A stretch of 63,878 nt of DNA, filler included, from Stramenopiles sp. TOSAG23-2 (Eukaryota), in NCBI GenBank assembly GCA_900128395.1. It is 16 parts of 16 records of this genome, joined end to end, with 100 filler letters (N's around TTAATTAATTAA, not from the genome) between each part and the next. Parts side by side here need not be neighbours in the genome. Positions count along the whole stretch, not along the records: positions 8,400 to 12,495 come from LT650995.1; positions 12,596 to 16,691 come from LT650996.1; positions 16,792 to 20,882 come from LT650997.1; positions 20,983 to 25,070 come from LT650998.1; 12 more parts are not named here. One strand, written 5' to 3'. The notes below the pieces were generated by a model. That model was given only the letters and a program-made list of their open reading frames with translations, ran no database searches and was not told the DNA's origin. How positions within the stretch are numbered: the stretch's first letter is position 1; each line of letters begins with the position of its first letter. Positions 10,523 through 25,170 of the stretch are shown here, piece by piece. The translations under genes and the position numbers were made by a program.

Positions 10523-11458
10523 ATGCGTAGAGATATCAAGGAACTAGTTGCTGGAGGATTTGGCGGGACGTTGCAATGCATAGTAGGACATCCATTTGAC
10601 TTGATGAAAGTACGTTTACAATCACAAAGTCAATTAGGCACAAATTATACTAATATGTTTGATATGATCAAAGTAACAGCACGTCATGAAGGTTTTCGTG
10701 GCTTTTTTGCTGGCATGAGTTTGCCATTTTATTGTTCAGGCGGCTTGAATGCAGCTTTATTTAGTATCAATGGAACAATGAAACGATTAGTTTGCAAACA
10801 AATTGGCGCTGATAAAGTTTCTGATTTGAAATTAAAGCATATTATTTTTTCTGCATTATTAACTGCACCTATATACGCTTTATTTGTTGCGCCTATTGAG
10901 TTGGTAAAGAATCGATTACAAATTCAAAGCTATAGCTTAAAAAAAGTTTACAACGGACCTGCTGATTGTATTTTTAAAACCGTAAGACATGGAGGATTAA
11001 CTGCACTTTTTGCAGGATATAGTGCCACTGTTATTATGCGAACGTTGGGATTACCAGCATATTTATCAACATTTAATGTTACAAAAAGACATTTAATAGA
11101 AGAGCATGAGATGAGTTCACAAACATCAGCGTTGATTGGTGGCTGTACTGCTGGGGCAAGTTTTTGGCTGGTTTGTTTTCCGGCAGATAGTATCAAAACC
11201 GTGATGCAAAATCATGGAGCCGCATTATTACATAACAAAAAGGAAAAAACATGTGGCATTCCTCAACAAAAATTTAATATATTGACAGCTATAAAAGAAA
11301 TATATGTAAATAAAAACACATATGGCCGTGCATCAATAAGAAATTTTTATCGTGGTTTACAACCATGTCTTATTCGATCTATACCTGCAAATGGCGTTGT
11401 ATTTTTAGGCGTTGATCTCGCCTTGCAAATGCTTGGTGATGATGAAGGGTTTTTATAG
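10523..11458 (+). CDS. Mitochondrial carrier (SLC25), carnitine/acylcarnitine or basic amino acid carrier-like
   Basis: Three Px[DE]xx[KR] signatures (PFDLMK, PIELVK, PADSIK); 311 aa. Confidence 0.93.
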   Translation: MRRDIKELVAGGFGGTLQCIVGHPFDLMKVRLQSQSQLGTNYTNMFDMIKVTARHEGFRGFFAGMSLPFYCSGGLNAALFSINGTMKRLVCKQIGADKVSDLKLKHIIFSALLTAPIYALFVAPIELVKNRLQIQSYSLKKVYNGPADCIFKTVRHGGLTALFAGYSATVIMRTLGLPAYLSTFNVTKRHLIEEHEMSSQTSALIGGCTAGASFWLVCFPADSIKTVMQNHGAALLHNKKEKTCGIPQQKFNILTAIKEIYVNKNTYGRASIRNFYRGLQPCLIRSIPANGVVFLGVDLALQMLGDDEGFL

Positions 11459-11728
11459 ATCGAAAAGGAGCGAGATAAAAATGTACACAACAAATTATGG
11501 TGTACTTCGTATGTATTTTTTTGAATTATATATACGATTCGTATTAATATATTAAGAATATGCACATATAAATATATTTAAAATACGTGTATCAATAGAA
11601 ACTAAATTATCATACGCAAAAAAAAATGTAAAACAGTTATTCCGTATTCACAATGATATTATAATATTGAGAGATACTTAAAACAAAAAATAAAAAAATT
11701 ATTTTTTAATAAAATGACACAATTATTT

Positions 11729-12495
11729 TTACACCAAGCCCAATTTTTGCAGTGCTAAATGTTCCTTCCAAATTTCATCTTCTAATATTTCCAACGGCAC
11801 CGTCATGCCAGTCGTAAAACTAGTATCACCATCATTTACTTTAAAGGGACTCCTGCTGGTATTGGTGGTAGATCTATCATCGTTATTATTATTACCATCC
11901 TCATCAATACTATTCAATTCTACTGTCACAATACTATTATTATTTTTATCATTCTCGTTGTTATTATTATTTAATGGTTGTTTCGTGCCCAAATACAATG
12001 AATCCATTTCAGCAGTAGTAGTTACATCCAACAAAGCCTCTTTTTGGCTACTGGATACCCCACGCCTTACAACTGGCAATGGCGAGATGCCATATGCTGC
12101 ATCATTAGTAGCAATAATGGATGCCATTGCATTTTCCAATGCAGCTGTCCCAAGGGAAATATTCGATGAATTCATTGGATCCTCATTAGAAATATTCGAT
12201 GCATTCATAGGATCTATCTCGTCTTCCTCTTCAGCTGCATCTCCTATTAAAACATCATCTTTCGCCACGCCTTACAACTGGCAATGGCGAGATGCCATAT
12301 GCTGCATCATTAGTAGCAATAATGGATGCCATTGCATTTTCCAATGCAGCTGTCCCAAGGGAAATATTCGATGAATTCATTGGATCCTCATTAGAAATAT
12401 TCGATGCATTCATAGGATCTATCTCGTCTTCCTCTTCAGCTGCATCTCCTATTAAAACATCATCTTTCGCTTCTTCTATTTCCACTAAGGTACTC
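11729..12495 (-). CDS. C-terminal part of an acidic low-complexity protein, 5'-truncated and split by a 205-nt duplication
   Basis: ORFs 12255..12485 and 11729..12268 share the identical peptide AKDDVLIG...PVVRRG; the DNA repeats at 12061 and 12266. Confidence 0.6.
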
Positions 12496-12872
12496 NNNNN
12501 NNNNNNNNNNNNNNNNNNNNNNNNNNNNNNNNNNNNNNNTTAATTAATTAANNNNNNNNNNNNNNNNNNNNNNNNNNNNNNNNNNNNNNNNNNNNTATTA
12601 TTTAATACTTATTAGTATATTATATTAATAAGAGATACGCCTATTATTAGGACAGAGGTCCATTTTTTTACAACACACAACAACACATATTACTAATTAC
12701 ATTCACACAGTTAAATAACCAGTGTAGTACAAAATTCAAAACAAAGTTTATATTCCATAGAAACATTGAACAAAATAACAAAGAACAACAAGATAAACTA
12801 TTAATATAAACAATACATATAGTATACAGATATATTAATAATTGTAAATCTATTATATATAAACATATATAG

Positions 12873-15356
<2,484 letters not shown>

Positions 15357-15404
15357 ATATACTGTATATCTATAATGATATACGTGTATATAAATTACGC
15401 GAGA

Positions 15405-16065
15405 TTATATTTTATATAGTAGCGTTTATTCACTGTGTGTGTATATATATATATATTATATATATATACATTATTAGTGAGGTATGAATATATAAATGAA
15501 ACCGTCTTGCATTTTATAATAGGAATAGTAATAATATATATTAATAAAAAAAAGAAAACAGCTTTTTATTATATTTTATATAGTAGCGTTTATTCACTGT
15601 GTGTGTATATATATATATATTATATATATATACATTATTAGTGAGGTATGAATATATAAATGAAACCGTCTTGCATTTTATAATAGGAATAGTAATAATA
15701 TATATTAATAAAAAAAAGAAAACAGCTTTTTATTATTTTTATATATAATAAATGTTTTATTTTTTGTAAAAAGTTACAATGTGGTACCGTATCATATTAT
15801 GTGGACTAGAGAGAGTGAAATATATAACATTATAGAGCGAGGAATTTCAATTTTCATGATGCATCATGTATTGTGCTTTTTATTTTATATAGAAAACAGC
15901 TTTTTATTATTTTTATATATAATAAATGTTTTATTTTTTGTAAAAAGTTACAATGTGGTACCGTATCATATTATGTGGACTAGAGAGAGTGAAATATATA
16001 ACATTATAGAGCGAGGAATTTCAATTTTCATGATGCATCATGTATTGTGCTTTTTATTTTATATA
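15405..16065. repeat. Two consecutive near-exact tandem duplications (about 165-nt and 174-nt units) downstream of CDC48
   Basis: TAGTAGCGTTTATTCACTGTGTG.. occurs twice; GTGGTACCGTATCATATTATGTGGACTAG.. occurs at 15781 and 15955. Confidence 0.9.
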
Positions 16066-16366
16066 AAAAAAAAAATAATTTTATAGAGAAAGAGAGACAA
16101 AAAATATAATTTATACTCGTATATATATATATGTGTGGTACGACGGTTCGTAATAAAGTTCGTAGTGTTTGTTATGAATACGCGTAGTAGTTACTCGTGT
16201 AGGATGTACATTATATAATATTAAAATATAAAATGTGTGTGTAGAAGAAAAAAATATATAGAAAATTCGTACGAATGAATCAATTAACTTCCCTCTCTCT
16301 CAGCCCAGCTCTCGCAATAATAAATTGAATTCTTTTTTTTATTTATTTTTTCAAAAATATTTAAAA

Positions 16367-16691
16367 TCAAGTTTTTTTCGGCTTACCCTCTTTGTCCAAT
16401 TTATCACCTTCCCAATTTCTCCATTCCATACCATCTGGTGCTATTTTTTCTTTCTCATAATCTTTCTCAGATACTTCACCCCAATTGGTGGATAAGACAG
16501 TACCTCCACTTGTTTGAAAGGATTTGTTCATAGCACGCCTAGTATCTTCATTTGCTTTTGAATAAATATCTCTAAATAATTTATTCAATGCATCTTCACC
16601 TTCCAATTTCTCATCTTCCTCCTCTTTCTTTAAATCTTGGCCTATTTTGTCCCAATCACGATTTGAAGCATAAGCTTTCGTCGATTCATTT
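16367..16691 (-). CDS. SGT1: SGT1 co-chaperone, C-terminal SGS domain, 5'-truncated
   Basis: [37 protein letters not shown] is the SGS hallmark; the frame stays open upstream ([11 protein letters not shown]). Confidence 0.95.
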
Positions 16692-16982
16692 NNNNNNNNN
16701 NNNNNNNNNNNNNNNNNNNNNNNNNNNNNNNNNNNTTAATTAATTAANNNNNNNNNNNNNNNNNNNNNNNNNNNNNNNNNNNNNNNNNNNNCTGCGTGTT
16801 CATCCCGAATGGATATATAGTTGGTGATGGTGAACGATCTCCGTTGGTGTAATTATCTTTCCTAGCCTTGGCATAACGCCTGTTCTTGATATATATATAT
16901 ATATATATGATATATTACTTAACACGAGAAGTATAAAATTATTGTTAACTTTAGATTTTAACCATCACATTTAAACTCTTTT

Positions 16983-19900
16983 TTAATACATCCTTCTACT
17001 GCTAACAGGTCTTAACTCTCGTTGTATATTTACTTTATTACCTCTACTACTACTTCCACCAGTTGGAGCTGTACTTGGTGGCGGTGGATTATCTTTAATA
17101 CTTATTAAATCTAATCGTTTTAAAACTTGAATTGGCAATTCTGCTTCTTGAATTTCTGGAATACCAATATCAGCATTATTTGTTTTCATCCAACCATTAT
17201 CCGTACGTGGAGATTTTCGTTTGATTTTACGAGCTTTTTGTTTTAAATTTTTTTCTTTCATATATTTCTTTTTCATCCATTCAGCAGCCTCTTTCCTACG
17301 TTTTATTTTCATTTCTTCTTCTGATTCTAGATCTGCTTTTAATTTGATGGCACTTTTATTATATGTGCTTACTAATAATTTATGCAATGCTTCTTTTTCT
17401 TTCCTACGTGCTCTTGCTTGCTCTAAACGTTCTAATCTCATTCTCTCTGCTATTTCCTCTCGTTTCTTCACTGCATTTTCCAAATCTTGCCTTTGTTCTT
17501 GATCATAAAGCATTTTTGCTTTTTTTTGTTCTAATTTCTTTTTTTTCATTGCTGCAGCAGCTTTTCTACGCCGTTCTTTTTCTTTCAATTCTTTCTCACG
17601 CATTTCATCTTCACGTTTTTTACGATATGCTTCATCTTCTATTGCTTTTTGTTGCTCTGCAAGCCGTCGTTCCTTTTCCTTTAATTTCCTAGCAGCAGTC
17701 AATTTAGCCCTTCGTTCTTTCTCTTTCATTTCTGCTTCAGCTTGTCTTTTCAACCGCTCTGCCTTTTCCAATCGTGTTTTTGCTTCTTTTTCTTTGGCCT
17801 CTCGCCTTCGTTTTGCTTGTTGCTCTTTTAAATCTTTTTCTCTTTTTAATCGCATTTGCTCCAATTTGCGCCTTTTCTCCTCTTTCTTTCGTTGCTCTTC
17901 TTTTTCTTCTTCCAATTTGCGTAAACGCTCTCTTTCTTTCTTTGCTTTGCGCTCCTCTTCTTTTTTTTTACGTTTCAATGCTTTTTCTTTTTCTATTTCT
18001 AATTGTCTCCTTAGTAGCTCTTCTTCTTCTTGTTCCTTTCGCCTTTTCTCTTCCTCTATTTTTTGTAAACGATCTAATTCATCTCTTTCTTTTTTTCGTT
18101 GTATTCTTAATTCTTCATCACGTTTTTCTTTTTCGATTCGTAATCGTTCTTTCTCTATAGCTTCTTGTTCCATACGAATACGGCGTGCCTCCGCTTCCGC
18201 TTTTTGTTTCTCTAAACGTTCTTGTCGTTGCTGTTCTGCAAATTCCCTTTCCGCTTTTAAACGTTCTTGTCTTACTTTTTCTTGAAACAACCTATCCTCC
18301 TTTGCTTTTTGTTCTTTAGCTAATTTTTCTTTCATTTGTTTTTCAAGTTCTAATTTACGCAATGTTTCTTGGCGTTTTTCTTCTTCTTCCTCTTTTTCTT
18401 TTAGTAATTGCAATCGTTCTGCTTCTTGCTTCTTTCGCAATTCTTCCATACGTTTAGCTTCTTCTATTTTACGTAAAGCTTCTTGCTCTGCTAATTTCTT
18501 CTTTTTCTTTTCTAATTTTGCCCGTTTACGTGCTTTCTTTGCTTCTAATTTTCGTGCTTTTTCTTCCCTCATCTGTGCAATAGGATCGATTTTCTTTTTA
18601 TTAGTAGATTTAATACCACTTGATGCATTCAATGCATCAACTGAATGACCTGGTCGCTGCTCAACAATGATGGACGTATGTGCACGTCCTAGTGACACAC
18701 CTATTGACTTAACGCAATTCATAATTTCTAATAAAGTTGGTTCATATCGACTAATTTCATCGCCTAAACCAAGCTGTCCTTGTTCATTCCATCCCCATAC
18801 ATATATATAATTATTTGAAGTAATAGCACTGGAATGTGCAAATCCACATGAAATGGATGTTAATTTTACGTTGGAATCATTTCCAACTTGAATTGGGCTA
18901 GGTTTTAATACTATTGAAGCTCCATCCTTATCATGTGTTACATATGAAGAATGAACGCCTACTTGACCAAATTCATTATTACCCCAACCCATGACAGTGC
19001 CACTACTTGTCAATGCAATTGTATGGGATGAACCTGCAGCTACATCTAAAATGGATATATTATCATTTGCTATGTTTTGTACCAATGTTGGCACTTCACA
19101 ACATGAATTCATTTCTTCTTTTAATATACCATTGCCCAACCTGCCATGTTCACCATATCCCCATGTATATAATTCCGTAATTATCGAATCGGAAGTTATT
19201 AAATCATCCATTACACCATCAAAATTATTCATATTTATAATATCGGCTAAAATTTCTTCAGATGCATTGCAAGTTATTGCACAGGAGTGATTCATACCCG
19301 ACGCAATTTTTAAGACGTGTAAATTTTTCTTTACAAATGTATCAATTAATGTTGGGATCGTTGTTATTTCCAAAGATCCTTTTTTACTATTATTATTATT
19401 ATTATCATCATTATTATTATCACCATGTCCTAATTGACCAGCTTTTGACGAGCCCCAACTATATAATTTCCCATCTTTCGTCAATGCCATACTATGCTGT
19501 TCTCCACATGCTATTGATATTATATTTGTTTGGAACTTTTTATGTATAATTTGCTTTGGATATCTTTGATTGATTTCATTTCCATGTCCTAATTTACCGT
19601 TTATACCTTCTCCCCAACTATATACTAAACCACTTTCAGACAATACCATACAGTGATCGTTGTATCCTGCTGCAACCATTTTTATTTTCACATCATTTAA
19701 TTTATTGATACACCTTGGAATTCTAGTTTTTGATGTAGCTCGTGGTGTCTTATCGTTTGCATATCCTAAATATCCACTACCCCATATAAATATTTTACCA
19801 TCCTCCATAACTGCTAATGTTAATTGGCTACCGGAAGCAATTTGTTGCGGTGTACGAAATGCATCATATGCCCCTTCTGCAGCTTCTAAGGATACCCAAC

Positions 19901-20144
19901 ATGGTGTTTTTAAACATGAAATTTTAGAATTATCTAATAATGCACTGCTTCCTAGTTGTCCATCGGAGCCACCACCAAATGATAACAATCGTTTTTTCCA
20001 ATTTGTTGGTGCCAAATCGTGACCTGCTAGCATTGACCTGTCTGATTTTCCAGAGGAAAAAGATGTTGCATTGCGTTGTTTTGAATATTTATCCCGTAAA
20101 GCAGCAAGCCGTTGCCTCGATTGTTTCTCTAATTCCGCTTCCAT
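16983..20144 (-). CDS. RCC1-repeat beta-propeller protein with a long K/E/R-rich coiled-coil tail
   Basis: Repeated IACGEQHSMAL / YSWG..GQLGHG motifs, followed by about 480 charged helical residues. Confidence 0.92.
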   Translation of the reverse strand: MEAELEKQSRQRLAALRDKYSKQRNATSFSSGKSDRSMLAGHDLAPTNWKKRLLSFGGGSDGQLGSSALLDNSKISCLKTPCWVSLEAAEGAYDAFRTPQQIASGSQLTLAVMEDGKIFIWGSGYLGYANDKTPRATSKTRIPRCINKLNDVKIKMVAAGYNDHCMVLSESGLVYSWGEGINGKLGHGNEINQRYPKQIIHKKFQTNIISIACGEQHSMALTKDGKLYSWGSSKAGQLGHGDNNNDDNNNNNSKKGSLEITTIPTLIDTFVKKNLHVLKIASGMNHSCAITCNASEEILADIINMNNFDGVMDDLITSDSIITELYTWGYGEHGRLGNGILKEEMNSCCEVPTLVQNIANDNISILDVAAGSSHTIALTSSGTVMGWGNNEFGQVGVHSSYVTHDKDGASIVLKPSPIQVGNDSNVKLTSISCGFAHSSAITSNNYIYVWGWNEQGQLGLGDEISRYEPTLLEIMNCVKSIGVSLGRAHTSIIVEQRPGHSVDALNASSGIKSTNKKKIDPIAQMREEKARKLEAKKARKRAKLEKKKKKLAEQEALRKIEEAKRMEELRKKQEAERLQLLKEKEEEEEKRQETLRKLELEKQMKEKLAKEQKAKEDRLFQEKVRQERLKAEREFAEQQRQERLEKQKAEAEARRIRMEQEAIEKERLRIEKEKRDEELRIQRKKERDELDRLQKIEEEKRRKEQEEEELLRRQLEIEKEKALKRKKKEEERKAKKERERLRKLEEEKEEQRKKEEKRRKLEQMRLKREKDLKEQQAKRRREAKEKEAKTRLEKAERLKRQAEAEMKEKERRAKLTAARKLKEKERRLAEQQKAIEDEAYRKKREDEMREKELKEKERRRKAAAAMKKKKLEQKKAKMLYDQEQRQDLENAVKKREEIAERMRLERLEQARARRKEKEALHKLLVSTYNKSAIKLKADLESEEEMKIKRRKEAAEWMKKKYMKEKNLKQKARKIKRKSPRTDNGWMKTNNADIGIPEIQEAELPIQVLKRLDLISIKDNPPPPSTAPTGGSSSRGNKVNIQRELRPVSSRRMY

Positions 20145-21516
20145 CTTTTTCTTCAGAAGATGATATTATTATTAACAACAATAAAAATAATAATAATAAT
20201 AATAACAATTCCCCACGGTTGATTCTTATTTTTTGGGGGGGGGACAAAACTTCNNNNNNNNNNNNNNNNNNNNNNNNNNNNNNNNNNNNNNNNNNNNNNN
20301 NNNNNNNNNNNNNNNNNNNNNNNNNNNNNNNNNNNNNGGGGGGGGGGGGGGACAAAATTTCTCTCACGTTATATGAGTAAAAAATGTATTGTATTTGTGT
20401 TCAGTACTTGGTGTTTTGATTCGTCGTTCACATATCCCGCTTTTTTGAAGGATACATACACTATCTATCTCTCTGTCTATTATGCACTTATATGTAAGTA
20501 TATAGTAATTAAAATTGGATATACTATTTGTTGTATAATTTAGAATAATAATAGAAGAAAGTTGGTAACGTCTTTCTCTTTCTTCTTCTGTGTGTCTGTG
20601 TGGCGGCTTTTTCAAACAAGTGAGGCTGCGGTAGGTGGTAGTCTGGTATGGGCCTCGTAGTCTAGCTGGATAGGCACGTAGCACTAGCTCGAGCTAGTAT
20701 AGCTATAGGCTTGGAAGCTGATAGCTATAATATGCAGCAGCTATGCATTTTCCAATGATGTGTATAGTGTTATTATAATTGAGTGCTATGTACCACTTTA
20801 ACTTGTATGTATATAGAAAAATAGATTTATATACTTCTTCTACTTCTCCGTATACAAAATCATATTCGTAAATAAACATACANNNNNNNNNNNNNNNNNN
20901 NNNNNNNNNNNNNNNNNNNNNNNNNNTTAATTAATTAANNNNNNNNNNNNNNNNNNNNNNNNNNNNNNNNNNNNNNNNNNNNAATATATATATATGTTTC
21001 TCTCTGTATCTGTCTGTAAATGTAATACACGAACTTGTTATAATTAAAATAAATGTAAAAAAATATATCTTTTTTTCAGATAAGACAGAGATTATAGTGT
21101 GTGTGGATGCCTCGGCTATAGTGTGAGCGTAGCATTGTGATTCATAATTAGCATGGACACAACATTAAAATTAAAAATGTGGTGAATTCCTTAAAAGCAC
21201 TTTAACTTCTCTTGTAATTGTATTGCTATGCGGTGAATAGCATTGTTATAGGCATTTATCCAAAAAATTTGAGGATACTGTAAGGATAAAAAAAAGATTT
21301 TGATTTGGAAGGTAAAAACTGTAAAGGACGCATATGCTTGCCTGGCTTGTTAGACGACTACAAAAAAATCTTATACGTTTTAAACCAACTCGGCATTATG
21401 ATTTACCAATTTTTCATTTGTTTGTTTCGATTGATATAAATATCCCCACGCTCACTACTTAATTTTCTGCAGGTTTGTTGGCATTGATTCACAAGTACAT
21501 TATACATCAATGGACT

Positions 21517-22224
21517 TTACCAATCTCCCATTTGTTTGTTTCGATTGATTAATTTTCTGCAGGTTTGTTGGCATTGATTCACAAGTACATTATACATCAA
21601 TGGACTCAAGCGCTTATTTATAGCTGCGGTGCAACTTGAATAGCAACTATTGCTGTTGCTGCCAATTTCCTCATCATCTTCATCTGCAATTAGGTATCGT
21701 CTGTGCCACGTTCTTCCAATTTCGTTCTGTTTGTAAAAATCGAAACTGTCTCTTCGTTCTTTTTGTTGCTGCCTCTTTTCCCTTTGCTGTTGTTTCATCC
21801 TTTTGTTACTGGCTCTTTCTTCAATAATTATGGCAGATAAAGGGTTTCCTTTACCCTTTGCATGTGTGCATGACTCTTGACCCATACTTGCACATGACGT
21901 TCCTGCTTTCCACCAAAATGCTAAGCGTAATTTTGTTGGATTTGAATACCACGGATCATAACAACAAACTGGAAATCCTTGGTTAGCGCATCTACCTGAA
22001 GCTTCCCCGTCACAATTGTCCCAGCTCATCATTGATTCAGTAAAGACAGCATCCTCATGACAGTAATTACATTGTTCCCCTACGTTCGTTGGCCAGCAAT
22101 CCTGGACGTTGTGTTTTAGCGTGTGACAAATTTCGTTGTAGGCAGGTTTTTGGGCAACAGCTAGATTCCCATGAAACATAAAAACCAAACCACATAAACA
22201 AAGCAATAAGGTTGTAGATCTCAT
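21517..22224 (-). CDS. Small secreted cysteine-rich protein
   Basis: Signal peptide MRSTTLLLCLCGLVFMFHGNLAVA, a Cys-rich domain, dibasic sites and a C-terminal pair of CxxxC motifs. Confidence 0.75.
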   Translation of the reverse strand: MRSTTLLLCLCGLVFMFHGNLAVAQKPAYNEICHTLKHNVQDCWPTNVGEQCNYCHEDAVFTESMMSWDNCDGEASGRCANQGFPVCCYDPWYSNPTKLRLAFWWKAGTSCASMGQESCTHAKGKGNPLSAIIIEERASNKRMKQQQREKRQQQKERRDSFDFYKQNEIGRTWHRRYLIADEDDEEIGSNSNSCYSSCTAAINKRLSPLMYNVLVNQCQQTCRKLINRNKQMGDW

Positions 22225-22968
22225 AGTTTCTTTTTTCTTGTTTGTAATTGTATATACTTTTCTTAAATTTTCTTTTATATATATATATATATATATACAG
22301 ATATATTCTTGTTAAATGTTGTTTTCTTCTTCTATCTTTTTTTTTGTCCCTTCTTTGATCTTTGTCTGTATGTCTTATCTACCTCTATATTAATGTTGCT
22401 AATGTGTACACATTATAATAGATATATGTGCATATACTGGTTATAGTATCACGTGCCGTGTGGTGCACTGTACTGGTGCTGTGCTGAAACAATATAATAA
22501 ATAAAAAACCTTTATTACCTTAACCTTGTCAAGAAGTAGAATAAGAAGAGGGAAATGATGCCTCGAAAAAGTGTTGCAGTGGTTGGGATAGGAGTAGGGT
22601 TTTATTTAAGTGATAATTTAGTATACTAATATATGCATATTTGATAGAGAGTTACTGGATATTGCAAAAAATCGGATATTCTCAGTATATGTGCGTACTG
22701 TATGTACATTCGAGTTACGTATTATTACTAGTTTAGTAATATAAATATTACGAGTGATTTTACTTTATTTTTTATTATGCGGGAATTCAAAAATAGAAAA
22801 TTTAAAACTGGGAAATTTGGTATTAAAAATAATAATAAGACGTCTGAAAGTAATTATAATATAATAATAATTAAGATATACACATACATTATATTAATAA
22901 CATATAGATATCAAACATAATGTCAAAGTGACAGCAAAGAATTTAAGCAAATACCATCAATACAATAA

Positions 22969-24414
22969 ATGATTATAAAACGTAACAACAAAATGAACAA
23001 TTCGTGGAAACAATATTATAATCAATATCTTTCACATATCGTAAAAGTAGATGATGAAAACGATAGGAACAATATTAATCAATGGCTTGTTATGCTATTA
23101 AATGTAATTAAAAATGATCAAAATGTAATAAATGAAATATATCAAATTGAAAATATAGTTTCTAAATTAATATTAATAACTACTTCATGTCTTGATCAAG
23201 ATATATTGCCTGTAACAATCGTAACGAATGTATATAATATATATAAAATCATGCTACGAAAATATGAAAGCAATAATAGTAATAATGCACTTTATACTGA
23301 ACAATTTGTAAAGTTGGCAATAACTATATTAAATCAATTATTTTCAAAGAATTTTACAAATGATAATATTGATACTTGCAAAATTGCAATAATTTCATCC
23401 ATTAATAATTCATTAATATCGTATCAAAATATTAGTTTACAAGATGAGAAGCATTATGTTTGTACAAACAATTTCACACTTATTCATACTTTATTGAATA
23501 CGATGAAATATAAAGCATCTGCGAAATATTTAACTATTCTATCTAATATTATTTATAGATGTACTGCATTAAATAAACAATGTTTTCAAATATTATATGA
23601 TGATATCATTTTAATTATTGTACCAACACTTGCTTCATCGTTATATTTATTGAAACATGCACAACAACAACAAGAGGATGGAATTATTCCAAAAGATTGT
23701 GTAGATTTAATGCTTGCAGTATTAAGAATAGTTTCTTTATATGGTCCAAGTTTTTTAAAAAATCAGAATAATAATATGGATGAACAAACGATGAAATTAA
23801 TATCATCAACTGGGATCATATTATTAAATATATTATCATTAAAATTTGATTTATTTCATACAATTTATCCATTAAAATTAAGTGTGATTCGAATATTAAT
23901 TGATGTACCGGAAACATATTTAATATTTATAATAATGAAAAACGGTTTAAAAGATATTCTTAATATGTTAAACATGGAAAGTGAAAAAATAATGATTGAT
24001 AATATTAAAGATAATAATATTGTTACAAACAATTTTGTACCGATTTTACTTGTTGTAATACGTATATTGAAAATAAAGAAATTTAATAATGATGCATTTA
24101 ATATGGTGAAGACGTTTATTTTTCCAAATAACTTACCACAAGACAAAGATATTGCAACAACAAATGGTAAAAGAAATATGGAACCAATTGATGCACCAAA
24201 CTTTACATTACGTAGGTATTTAATAAATATGTTGTTGGAATTTTCATCTAGTACAAATGTAATCATACCATTAGGTGATTTATTGTACATTTTATGTAAA
24301 CAAGATGGTGACGAATTAATCAAACGATGTGGTTTAGGATATAGTGCCGGTATCTTACAACGTCAAGGTGCATTAGGACAATTTATGAAAGGTGTTCCAT
24401 CTAATTTTGGGTAA
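22969..24414 (+). CDS. RIC8: Ric8/synembryn-like G-alpha GEF/chaperone (ARM-repeat)
   Basis: C-terminal GDLLYILCKQDGDELIKRCGLGYSAGILQRQG matches the Ric8 conserved block (LLFxLC...GxGxAAGLL). Confidence 0.72.
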   Translation: MIIKRNNKMNNSWKQYYNQYLSHIVKVDDENDRNNINQWLVMLLNVIKNDQNVINEIYQIENIVSKLILITTSCLDQDILPVTIVTNVYNIYKIMLRKYESNNSNNALYTEQFVKLAITILNQLFSKNFTNDNIDTCKIAIISSINNSLISYQNISLQDEKHYVCTNNFTLIHTLLNTMKYKASAKYLTILSNIIYRCTALNKQCFQILYDDIILIIVPTLASSLYLLKHAQQQQEDGIIPKDCVDLMLAVLRIVSLYGPSFLKNQNNNMDEQTMKLISSTGIILLNILSLKFDLFHTIYPLKLSVIRILIDVPETYLIFIIMKNGLKDILNMLNMESEKIMIDNIKDNNIVTNNFVPILLVVIRILKIKKFNNDAFNMVKTFIFPNNLPQDKDIATTNGKRNMEPIDAPNFTLRRYLINMLLEFSSSTNVIIPLGDLLYILCKQDGDELIKRCGLGYSAGILQRQGALGQFMKGVPSNFG

Positions 24415-25170
24415 AAGACGGGAAATATAGAGTGTACAATCGAGGTTCTACTTCCTATACAAATATAAAAGATGATAACAAAAGAAAAGTTGGTTTTACT
24501 GACGAATGTACTTGATCTGTATACAATATGTATAAAAAAGTTATAAAATTAAAAGTTTAACAAGCCAGCAAGTATTGTATGATGAGTATAAGTATATTAA
24601 TATTTAGTAAAAAGCAGCTTATTATTGAAATTATATAGCTTAACAACAACTTCTTCTATAAATCTACCGTTCATTTTTGGATTTTTGGATAATTTAATGC
24701 TTTGTTCTAAAAATAACAATTGTAATGCTATTTCCGTATTAAATATTATTTTTCAGAACTACTCAGCATAACCTCTGTTCTGTTAATTTAAATTCCTTAG
24801 AGCCAATAGTGACGTATAATATATTGTACAACTGTACTGTACTGTATATTGTGCTATTGTATATATAAATGTAGTAAAAATATAATACAGAAGAAGTAAA
24901 TGCATTAACAACCATTTCTTCATCAAATATTATTATTGTACCGTGGATGTAGAATAAATTTTCTATTCTTTTTTATTTATTTTTTAAAAAAAGGTAATAG
25001 AATTCCATAATGAATAATTTAATCATAATAATATACGTCATCGTAATAGCTTTTTATTCTGGGAATATTANNNNNNNNNNNNNNNNNNNNNNNNNNNNNN
25101 NNNNNNNNNNNNNNTTAATTAATTAANNNNNNNNNNNNNNNNNNNNNNNNNNNNNNNNNNNNNNNNNNNN

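Noticed and set aside
15435-16086. ORFs 15435..15641 and 15781..16086
   Set aside because: They are translations of AT-rich duplicated non-coding DNA with non-ATG starts.
20254-20350. N gap flanked by poly-G, read as a G-quadruplex or telomeric feature
   Set aside because: It is an ordinary scaffold gap at a G homopolymer, and the true run length is unknown.
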